Origin: Malacoraja senta
Lineage: Eukaryota
Direction: 5' to 3'
Length of the DNA stretch: 64,000 bases
NCBI GenBank assembly: GCA_038087875.1
Contig: CM075987.1
Location: 18,664,001-18,728,000 of the forward strand
Position 1 is the first letter of the stretch. Each line of letters starts with the position of its first letter. This document shows positions 53,101 through 64,000 of this stretch, in pieces. The position numbers and the translations under genes were made by a program. The notes under the pieces were generated by a model. That model saw nothing but the letters and a program-made list of their open reading frames with translations. It was not told the origin of the DNA and made no database searches.

Positions 53101-53994
53101 CACACAGACAGCACCCAAGATCAGGATCGAACCCCAGTCTCTGGTGCTGTGAAGCATCAGCTCTCCAAGCTATGCCATTGTGTCACCCACAAGTAGCAAG
53201 ATGTAAAGTTTAAAAAATGAGTGTGGGTTAGTGTCGATCCTTTTTTCAGTGGTAAATGTTAATTTAGTAAATATAAATTACTTAATTGAACACAGCTTGC
53301 TTAAACAGGATTCAGTTCATGCTAAGATCTTTAGATTGCAACGATGTTTCGGAGTTTGGTAGTGCTAATACATTCAAAAGAATGTAAAATACAGGCAACG
53401 CTCCCCAAAATGTTACGACCACTTGGGTAACCAAAATTTGCCCGTGGAGAATTCATAAATCACTACCAAAAAGTGAGATATGGAATAAAAATTGCTTTTG
53501 TGGGATTTATTTTATGGAGAATCGTGACTGGAACGGTTTTCTGGGAATTCAATCCCCCCATACGTGAGAATACATAATATTTCAGATGAGCAGCTATGAT
53601 GAGACCATCGCTCTTCCAGCACTCCCATTAACTGAAGTACTTATTGAACTATCGTAAACACGAGGTTTCATTATTCATTCCATTTCTAATTAAAGCAGCA
53701 GCAATATCTTTTGATCCAAAGATAAAAATGATTTCATTGAATTTTCAGATGAACGGTCTTATTAAATGTGATTGGATCTCTACAGACTGAAACCTACCAA
53801 ACAGTTCAGGCATTCATATCAGATTTTGTTCCACAATCAGCTGAGTACTTAATTTCACCTGAGTTATTTTCATAGAATCACACAGCACAGGAGATGGTTA
53901 TTTGATTCTTTGTACATGTGCCAATTCTTTAAAAAACAATCAAATTAATCCTATCTCCTTCTCTTCTTTTCCCATTGCCTTGCAATTTTCCCCT

Positions 53995-55190
53995 TTATTT
54001 ATTTATTTTTTATTTATTTATTTATTTGTTCCGAACAAGTAAAGACATAAATAGGAATAAATAACAACAACAAAATCGAAATAGTCAAACATTGGACATT
54101 CCAGGCAATATTTGCAAAGCAATGAAAAGCATAATGCAAGATTTAAATGTCCAACACTTTTTCTTTACAAGCTCGAAAAGGAGTGAGGAGAAGAATAACT
54201 TATTTAATCTCACCCCTTCTCCCTAAACCCTTCTTCCATATTTAATAATTAATTAATTAATAATAATAATACCCCAGACAATTTTTAGAGATACATACAG
54301 CCATATATATACATACAACTGAGATACACATACAAGTAATATGTATGAAGTAACCAAAAGACATAAATAAATAATAAATAAAATAATAAATAAACATTAA
54401 CCCCTGTTTGTCAACCATCCCCTTCATCCCTGTACCTTGTGAAAAAAAGTTTTTTGTATGTCATTTTGAACTGGTTCATGTTTGGATATTGCTTTAATTC
54501 CACATTCAAACTGTTCCACAATCCTACTCCACAGACCGAAATACAAAAAGTTTTTCTGGTCGTGCGGACTCTTTGTACTTTAAAATTAAATATTCTTCTT
54601 AAATTATAACCCCCCACTCGCACATTAAATAATTTTTGTATATTTCCAGGTACGTTTTTATTTTTGGCCCTAAACATTATCTGTGCTGTTTTAAATGCAA
54701 CCAAATCTTCTAATTTTAATAATTTTGACTGTAAGAATAATGGATTAGTGTGACCCAGATACCTGACCTTGTGAATAATTCGTATTGCTCTTTTTTGCAG
54801 AATAGTTAATGAATGTAACGAACTTTTATAGTTATTGCCCCAGACTTCTGCACAGTAATTTAAATAGGATAAGATTAGTGAACAGTAGAGAATGCGGAGT
54901 GATTTGTGCTCCAAAACCTGCTTAACTTTGTGTAGTACCGAAATGCTTTTTGACAGTTTGGATTGTACATGTTTAATGTGTGATTTCCAGCTGATTCTAT
55001 CATCCATTATAACCCCAAGAAATTTATTTTCATGAACCTATTCTATTTCAACCCCATTTATCTTTATATTTGCTTTTGTATTTGTTCTGCAATTACCAAA
55101 TAACATTATTTTGGTTTTGCTCATGTTTAATGATATTTTGTTCCTGCCAAACCATGTTTTCAGTTTTCCCATTTCTTTTGTTATTTTGTT
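53995..55190 (-). mobile_element. 5'-truncated CR1/L2-group LINE (Crack/Daphne-like RT C-terminus)
   Basis: ORF 54411..55007 (WKSHI..SKLSKSI..LYCSLILSYLNYCAEVWG..LQKRAIRII) and upstream NKISLNMSKTKIMLF. (AAAT)n tail. Confidence 0.8.
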
Positions 55191-58100
55191 ATTCCCTTCA
55201 AGTATGCATGTCCAATTCCATGACCATTCCAGGTAGTTCATGCCAATTAACAACAGAGCTCACTAAAATAAATCTCATCATCATCCCTGTTGTTCCCTGG
55301 CAGATATTTTAAAGCTGAACCTTCTCTCTATGGGAATAATTTATCTCTGTTTACCCTAATAAAATTATGTTTACAGAAATATGTTCAAACCAAAATAATG
55401 AAAGCTATTGAACATGCTGCACCGAAGCAATGACTATTTTGAATGAATAATTTAAATATATTTATGTTTCTTCAGAATCAATAAAAATTGTCCCATTATA
55501 CAATTCCATAGATTTTTATTGGTCAGAGGGAAGATGTTTTTTAGTGTTAAACAAATATTTGAGCAATAATTATTTAATTGTAATAAAGATTTTAGTTGCT
55601 ATTGTCAGCAATAACTATTTGTGTTCAATCAGTGCAATTCCTCTGGTATCTGGTAGAGCTGCAGCCTCACAGACCATAGACCCAGGTTTGATCCTGACCT
55701 CAGGCGCTGGCTGGGTAAAATCTGCACATTATACATGTGACCGCATGGGATTCCTTTGGGTGCTCTGGTTTCCACCCACATCCCAATGATATGTCGGTTT
55801 GTAAGTTAATTGGACTCTGTAAATTGCCCCGAGTGCGTAGGGAGTGGATGCGAAAATGGGATAACAAAGAACCAGTGTGAATAGGTGATCGATCGTCAAT
55901 GTGGACTCGTGGCATGCTTCCATGTTGCATCTTTCAAGCAATCAATTCAAACTTAAGTATGATACAATAAGAGCAGAATAAGCAGCGGAATGGGACAACT
56001 GGCTTATTTTGTCTTGAAGCCTGCATGGACCTGATGGGTTGAATGGCCCCCTTCCCTACGGTGATCATTCTATAATTATAAGAGTTTTAACAGCAGTTTG
56101 ATTGTTTAAATGCACTAACACAAGTCAATAAACAGAAAACGTCTTTTTTGGCTAGTCAGCTTGATAAATATATTTCTGAATATTCACAATTGAACCACCA
56201 TTAGTTAATCAACTCATGGGAAAACCAATGCAATTGACATCAATGCAATCACCAGCGATTGCAATCATTGAAGTACTCTGATCTTAAGATCAAGCGACAT
56301 GTTTTACCACTTAAGCCACACTCTGAACACAAATTTAAAATGGTGAATTTTGTTGCACTTTAATCAGGCAAAGAAAAAAAATCACTATTTCATCTATCTT
56401 TGAAACTATTTACTGAGTTGGGGCAGCACAGTGGTAATAGCAGGTGGAGCTGCTGCCTTACATCTCCAGTGATATTGACCGCCTGTGCTGTCTGTATAGA
56501 GTTTGCATGTTCTCCCTGTGACCACATGGATTTTCGCTGCGTGCTTTTGTTTTCCCCTTATCCTAAAGACATGTGGGTTTGTTTTGGGGTGTGGGTTGGT
56601 AGGTTAATTGCCCCCATGTGTTGGTGAGTGACAGAATCTGGGTAATTGAGTTTTGGAGCCCTGCGATGTGGAAACAAGCCTTTTGGCCCTGCTTCACTGT
56701 GCTGAACAAGTTGGTCCTCTGGGCTAGTCGTAAACTGTTTTTCCCCTCATCCAAAGACATGTGGGTGATGGATTAATTGTAAATTAATGTAAATGTAAAT
56801 TGCCCCAAGTGCATAGGTGAATGGTAGAATCTGGGTCATAGAGTCATGGAGATATACAGCAGGGAAACAGGCCCTTTGGCCTGAATCTGGGCTAGTCTTA
56901 TTTGCCTGCATTTAATTCAAATCCCTCTAAGCCCTTCTTATTCATATCGCTAAATGGAACTGATGGGAATATGAGTAGAGTAAAATAGGATTTGTGAAAA
57001 TGAGTCGTTGAAAAAGGTGGATCGAAGGGTCAGATTCTGCATTGTATAACTGTGAATGCTTTGTATAACAGCTAAAAGCATCTTGCAATGCAAAAGTGGA
57101 TCCTATTTGCCTCTGTATGCTCAATATTTAGAATAAAGTTTGGAAATAGAAATCACTAAGCAACTGCAGTCGTGGCTTTCCATATATGCACCAATTGAAG
57201 GATAAAATATCTGTCTTACAACCACACGATACAAGTATATGAACATGGCATTTGTATGTTGACTTAACTAACATTCATTACTCAAAAAAAAGGATCTGCA
57301 ATAATCAAAACACTCACCTTTTTTACTTTACATTTTATTACTTGTGGGCTGCACAGTGACGCTGCTGGTTGGGCTGCTGCCTCACAGCGCCAGAGACCCA
57401 GGTACGATCCTGATCTTGGTTACTGTCTGTGTGGAGTTTGCACAGTCTCTCTGTGACCACGTGAATTTCCTTTGAGTGCTCCTGTTCGCGTCGGTAGATT
57501 AATTAGCCGCTGCTAAAATTGCCCTTCGTGCGTTGGGAGTGGATGCGAAAGTGGGGTAACATAGAATTTGTGTGAATGGATGATTAATAGTCAGCATGGA
57601 CTCAGTGGACCAATGTGTCTGTTTCCATGCTGTATTTCTAAACTAAATTAAACTTCAACAAATATAAAAGGAGGAAATATAAAATAAAAGTTCACATTCG
57701 TATAGTGTGCGAGGAAGAGAACCGATCGCATGGGGTCAAATAATGATTTATCACTTGCTTTTTTTAATTTACTAATTAGTAAAGCTCATATATCAGACAG
57801 TACTGATTTAGAGCATTTACGCTAGGTTTTGATTTGAACAAAGATGTATAGTATCACATCTACAAAAATCAATTGATGCTATTTGTCATGCCAATTAAGA
57901 TGACTTTTGTTCTCACTGGAGTTTTTATACAGATGTGAAGGATCGTTGAAGACAAATATTTATTTGAATTCACTTATGGTATGAAACGAAACAGAAGGAC
58001 TAATGCAGTTTCTTCCGTTGGCTTTATTTGCGCATTAGAATTGTTTCATGGAAGTATGCCACATTCAAATTTTCTTAAGGTAATATCAAGAAAGTCTTCT

Positions 58101-58413
58101 CCAGTGAGAATATTTAGGTTTAGGTTTATGATTGTCATATGCACCTGGGTACAGTGACAAGCTTAATTTTGCATGCTATCCAATCAACTTAGATAATACC
58201 ATACATAATACAATAAACCCAAACACAAGTACAATAGGTAGAGCAAAAGAGTGCAGAATTTAGTTCTCAGCATTGAAGTGCACCAGTTCCAGTGACAAAG
58301 TCCATTGTCCACAATGAGGTAGAGGTGAATCGGACAGTAACCTCACTAACCTCATTTATGGAAGGACCGTACAAAAGACTGATAACAGATTATGAGTGAG
58401 AACAGGAGGTTAA

Positions 58414-59136
58414 AGGGGCTGTCCCATTTGGGCGGCTTAATCTGCGAGTTTAGAAGAGTGTCTTCGACCTTCAAACTCGCAGCATAGTCGACACGTGGTC
58501 CTAGGAGGTCCTATGAGGTCGCTGGAACTCTCCTTCATGCTCGAGGGAAATTCCTGCATACTCGTGGCCTCAGCTGGGTCGCGGAAAAATTTTCAGCATG
58601 TTGAAAAATGTTCCGCGAGTAAAATTTGGTCGACATGTTTTTTTTTTTACTGGTAGTGCAGTGGAGTGGGGTCGCTATTTAGTTACAGGCAGTTGAGGGC
58701 AGCCGTAGGCAATCTCCTTCGCAGACCGGGCATTTTGATTGGCTCACTGGAGTTTTCAGGACCAAGGAAAACCGACCGGTAGGTAAAATGCCCGCTAAAC
58801 CTTATTATACTTCTTCAAAGTGTCTCCACTCCTTCTCCCTCCCTTCTCCCCCCCTTCTCTCCCCTTCTCTCCCCACCCCCCCATCCGCACTCTCTAAAGG
58901 ATTTACCGTACACTGTGGCAGCCGTTTACCTTCCTCTTCATCGCGCAGACAGCGCTCCCCCGCTTTCCCTGGCCCCCGCCTTTGCGATGTGTGTGTGCGG
59001 TCGGTCGATCCAGCTCGCGGTTTCAACGTGGACGATCGATCCAGCTCGAGGCTTTCCAGGTGAGTGCCCTCGAGCTTGAAGGTCGAAGACACTCTTCTTA
59101 ACTCGCGGATTAGGTCGCCCAAGTGGGACAGCCCCT
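58414..59136. mobile_element. PIF/Harbinger-type MITE
   Basis: About 65-bp imperfect TIRs starting AGGGGCTGTCCCA. TAA TSD at 58411-58413 and 59137-59139. Confidence 0.88.
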
Positions 59137-59179
59137 TAAAGGTAGTTTGATAAGAATTCAGCAATCTGAAATATTATCT

Positions 59180-59590
59180 CAAGGTTTCAAGGTTAGTTTA
59201 TTGTCACATGTACCAGTTAAGGTACAGTGAAATTTGAGTTACCATACGGCCATACTAAGTGAAAAACAACAAGACACAAAACCACATAAAAGTTAACATA
59301 AACATCCACCACAGTTGATTCCACATTCCTCACTGTGATGGAAGGCAATAAAGTTCAATCTTCTTCCTCTTTGTTCTTCCGCGGTCGGGGCAGTCAAACC
59401 ATCCGCAGTCGGGGTGATCAAAATCACCGCAGCCGACGATCGAAGCCCCCGTCGGGGAGATCGAAACTCCCGCGTCGGGGCGGTTGAAACTCTCTCCACG
59501 GCATGGAGCTTCCAAATCGGCCTCTTCTTACCAGAGACCGCGGGCTTCACGATGTTAAAGTCCACAGGGCCCACGGTTGGAGCTTCGATT
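59180..59590 (-). mobile_element. Short interspersed repeat with Rex-type 3' tail
   Basis: Minus-strand tail GACAATAAACTAACCTTGAAACCTTG. A related segment starts on the + strand at about 63928. Confidence 0.5.
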
Positions 59591-60314
59591 CTTTCTCCAC
59601 AAATGTTGCTCAACCAGCTGAATGTTTAATCTCAGAATCCCAACATTTGTAGCATGTTCCTTGAGAGTGAGACTGGTATGCTTCACATGCTCTCCCTTTG
59701 ATATTGATGGTATCATTGAAGAGCAACTTTGCATTTGTTATTGAGATGCTTGTATTGGCATTCAATATAACATCAAAGACAACGATCCCAGGAAGTGTGC
59801 AGTCACCTACATTTATGTGAATTAGGGAAATGTGAAACAAGAATGGACGTAAAACATGGACTGATCTATAGAAGCAAAAAGGCAGTCAATATCATTGAAG
59901 ACCCACATCACTCTGACCATGCTCTTATTTCACTTCTACCATCGGGGAGAAGGTATAGGAATTTGAAAAACATGACCAGCAAGTTCAATAATGGCTTCTT
60001 TGACCATCAGGCTGTTGAACACTGCACAGCACCAACCTCAACTGTGAACTTCTATGGACTGTCTTTAGTTATACTAAGATCAGTAGGGTTTTTTGCACTA
60101 GTATTGTGCTTATCAAATTATTGAATGTTTTTGTTTATTATATATTATATGTATGTATTCTGTTTACAGGCTTTTTCCACAGTTGCAAGTAAGAAATACA
60201 TGTTCCGTTGTCGGGTACATATGTCAATTAAACATGCTTGACTCTTAAAAGTCAAATTAACTTTCCATTAAAGTCATACCGCTGTCGTGATCTTAATGTT
60301 CCATCTGTGATCGC

Positions 60315-60540
60315 TTCTTCTTCTTCTTGCGAATGAAACATAAACCAAAGGAAGTGTTAGATTTCAAGCCGGGTGTTGAGCAGCCGGGTTGTTGTCTCTG
60401 CGTATGCTTCACATGCCAGGCCCTGAGCTCCATTTGGTGGGTGGTAGAGCGGGCACCCAAAGATGACATGGTTGGCTGTCTGTTGTTCTGCTCCGCATTC
60501 ACAGGCTGGGCTCTGGCGGAGTCCCCATCTCCACATCGCT
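60315..60540 (-). mobile_element. Ingi/Vingi- or I-group LINE 3' end
   Basis: MWRWGLRQSPACECGAEQQTANHVIFGCP is a CxC-x8-H-x4-C zinc knuckle, followed by a stop and a (GAA)n tail. Confidence 0.65.
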
Positions 60541-61394
60541 AATCTCGTTCTTTCAAATATTGGGATTGAGTCAGCTTCCTTTGGTGACATATGATAAAAT
60601 GATCACCATTGATTTCATTTTAAAAACAGGCAAAATAGGAAGACAGACACAAAATGCTAGAATAACTCAGTGGGACAAGGTATGTAGAGATGGTATGTGT
60701 GACGTTTTAGGTCGAGACGCCACCCATTCTTCTCTCTGGAGATGCTGCCTGTCACGCTGAGTTACTCCAGCATTTTGTGTCCATCTTCGGTGTATACCAG
60801 CATCTGCCGTTCCTTCCAAAGCAAAGCAGGAAGTTCCTTCCTTTACCCGTTCTTCTCAACCTTAGTGATCCATGCCAAAGCTGGCTCTACTATTGTGCTG
60901 GAAGTGGACATTAAGTGCAGGGTGCCTTGGCCTGACTTTCTTCAATCTTTTTTGAAGGTAGTACGTGGTATTTGCTCCTTACACTGTCATAGTGAACATG
61001 TGACTTGCCTGATAGAGATTCACAGGTGCAAGTCTCTATCCTAAAAATGAGTTGTGAGGCTTGTGGATACTCCATCACTCCTCCAGGACAAACAAACTGC
61101 TGGAGGATCTCAGCGGGTCAGACAGCATCTGCGGAGGGAATGGACAGGGGATGTTTCCTCTCAGGATGCCCCAACCCAAATTGTCTTCTGTCCATTTCCC
61201 ATGCTGCCTTACCTGCGGAGCTCCTCCAGTGCTTTGTTCTTTGCTCAAGATTCCAGCATCTGCAGTTTTTTTGTGGCCCCAGGGTAAGGTAACCTATTTC
61301 TACATCAAAGTGCAACAAAGATTATCAATAGACTGCAATAGATTATGAATAAATTACTGCAACTGAATACTCAGTTCAATAGCTAGCATGTATT

Positions 61395-62010
61395 GGAAGG
61401 AACTGCAGATGCTGGTTTAAATCAAAAATAGACACAGAAAGCTGGAGTAACTCAGCGGGACAGACGAGAAATGAGAGAAATCAATATTCATACCACTGGG
61501 CTGTAAGCTGCCCGAGCGGAATATGAGATGCTGTTCCTCCAATTTGCATATAGCCTCATTCTGACAATGGAGGAGACCTAGGACAGAAAGGTCTGTGTAG
61601 GAATGGGAAGGAGAATTAAAGTGAGAGATCAGGTAGGTACAGGTGGCCTGAACGAAGGTGTTCTGCGAAACGATCGCCCAGTTTACGTTTGGTCTCGCCG
61701 ATGCATAAGAGTCCACATCTTGATCAACAGATAGAGTAGATGAGGTTAGTGGAGGTGCAAGTGAACCTCTGCCTAACCTGAAAGGATTGTCGGGGTCCCT
61801 GGACAGAGTCGAAGGAGGAGGTATAGGGGGGACAGGTGTTGCATCTTCTGCGGTTGCAGGGGAGGGGGTGGTTTGGGTGGGAAGGGATGAGTTAACAGGG
61901 GAGTTGCAGAGGGAATGGTCTCTGCGGAAGGCGGAAAGGGGTGAAGATGGGAAAATGTGGCTAGTGGGATCCCGGTGGAGGTGGTGGAAATTTCGGAGGA
62001 TTATGTCTAG
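61395..62010 (-). mobile_element. Penelope-like retroelement fragment (GIY-YIG region plus 3' terminal repeat)
   Basis: Homologous to 17775-18740. Translation HFNSPSHSYTDLSVLGLLHCQNEAICKLEEQHLIFRSGSLQPSGMNIDF. Confidence 0.85.
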
Positions 62011-64000
62011 AATGCATTGACTAGCTATAGCCAATACATGATTAAAAACCTGTTTCTGTATATTTTTTAACATCCATACATAGCAGATTATTGTTAATTA
62101 GTAAACATTCTGGTGTATAAGTGTAGATCATGTTATACAAACCAGTTTCTGCTATTCGTGTATCAGTTTGGCATTCACTGGATTTCCAACTTCAGCTACT
62201 TGTTTCACTTTCAGCTCAAGCCAAAACACTTTGGACAGTATATTCAGGACATTAAGCGCTTTAATATTCCTGGAACATCTCCAAAAAGCCTTCTTATAAG
62301 GTTTTAATCTTTCATTGAATGCAGCGTAACTGCAGCCTAATCAGTTTTGAGTTTTCAGCATGAAACCAATATGTTTCACTCTTACATTCCACATGTCAGA
62401 AAACATAATATTCTCCCTTTTGAAGTCACGGAGTAATGCGGCACGGAGGCTCACGTGTCCATGCTGACCGTGAAGCACTCTATCTAACGCTAATCCTACC
62501 CTAACCCATTCTATTCCCTGTACATTTCCATCAACTACACCCAGATTTGTTTGGAGATTAATGTAACTGCAGTGGCTGGAATCTTGAGCAAAACACTAAA
62601 TACTGGAAGAACTCAGCAAGTCAAGCAGAATCTTCAGAGGAAATGGTGATGTAGCATTTTGGGTCATAAGGCCATAAGTGATAGGAGCAGAATTAGGCCA
62701 TTCGGCCCATCAAGTTCTCTCCGCCATTCAATCATGGCTGATCTATCTCTTCCTCCTAACCCCATTCTCCTGCCTTCTCCCCATAACCCCTGACACCCGT
62801 ACTAATCAGGACCCTACAGGCTCAAGACCAGATTTGTTTGGTTTTGTTTATTTATTGTCACGTGTACAGAAACAGCAGGCAGTGTCACCACATTCTGGTG
62901 TCACTTGCAACTTACAAGTCTTTGAAAAGTCCGTTCTTGGCCTCAGGAGATATGCAATTTCTTATTTTCTCACTGTAAGGCCCATGTCCTGGCAGCACTG
63001 GATCGGTTAGGTGGGGGTCGGCCTTGCCCAGCGCAATGCGCATGATGCTGTCAGCTTTTCCCACCATCTGCAAACAAAGAGCAATTTTGGGATGTGGGAA
63101 AAGACCAGAGCCCCCAGAGAAAATCCATGTGGAAACCATAGGAAGAACGTGTAAACTCCAGACAGACAGCAGCGGAGGTCAGGGCTGCATCATGTGTGCC
63201 GTTCACCTCAACATTCTCACCATCCTGCAGGTAATTGCTACCTACACCCCTTACCAAAACCACTCGATGTGAAAGAGCAGAAATCTAAATAAGTGCAGTG
63301 CACAATGTTAAAATAAATCAATCTCTAAGCCACTATCCATTTCTATTCAAATATTTATGTCCCTTCTAATCAATCGACTAATAAAATATCAATTAGAAAT
63401 GGTGCTATTTTTGTATTTCTGTTCAATAACGTAAAATGGAAGCATGTCATTTTATTGATATATAAATGTGTAGATTTTTCTTTCGAGATACAGCATGGAA
63501 ACCGGAGGAGGTGCCATAAACATGACGACTCCTTGTGTTCTGCTTCAGTTTAATCTACTATTCTTACATTACAATCATCATACTCCTGTACTTGGCTATA
63601 ATTGTGCCAATTATATACAATTCCGTTCAGTAAGATTTTACTGAATTGTATGTAAAACAAAGAACATCACTGTATCTAGGAACATATGACATTAAGTACC
63701 ATTGAACCTTCAGCCATTGAGTCCATCGATCACCCGTTCATAGTAGTTCTATGTTATCCCACTTCATTCATCCATTCCTTACACATTAGGGGAAATTTAC
63801 AGCGGGCAGATAACCTACAAACCCGCACATCTTTGGGATGTGGGAGGAAACCAGAGTACCTGGAGGAAACCCACACAGTTACAGAGAGAGTACAAAACTC
63901 CACACAGATAGCACCCCAGATCAGGAGTCACTGTGGTGGATGTTTATATTAAGATGTATTTTGTGTGTTCCGCTGCTTTTTATTGTATGACTGACTTGGC

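Overview
This is vertebrate genomic DNA, most likely from a cartilaginous fish (skate or ray). That assignment is inferred from the elasmobranch-type tRNA-derived SINE, CR1, Rex1 and Penelope repeats. The only host gene I can support is NACC2 (BTB/POZ-BEN transcription factor) on the minus strand. It has a CpG-island promoter with a probable non-coding exon 1 at about 49.8-50.05 kb, an inferred 45-kb first intron, and the large first coding exon at 4626..3739. The remaining exons lie beyond the left edge of the window. Most of the rest is transposon-derived. The most notable observations are: (1) a TIR element carrying a rearranged ZFP36/TTP-family gene fragment that still reads as one open frame, plus a sister element with the same ends but different cargo (Pack-TIR-like); (2) three non-autonomous Helitrons that appear to have inserted successively into each other's 5' ends; (3) many Penelope terminal-repeat copies with a hammerhead-ribozyme-like core, often as inverted pairs; (4) two copies of a CAGGG-ended DNA transposon with 5-bp TSDs, one nested inside an L2 inside a Rex1; (5) a 1.7-kb G-rich minisatellite next to the promoter. 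All family assignments come from recognising motifs by eye; no database searches were run.
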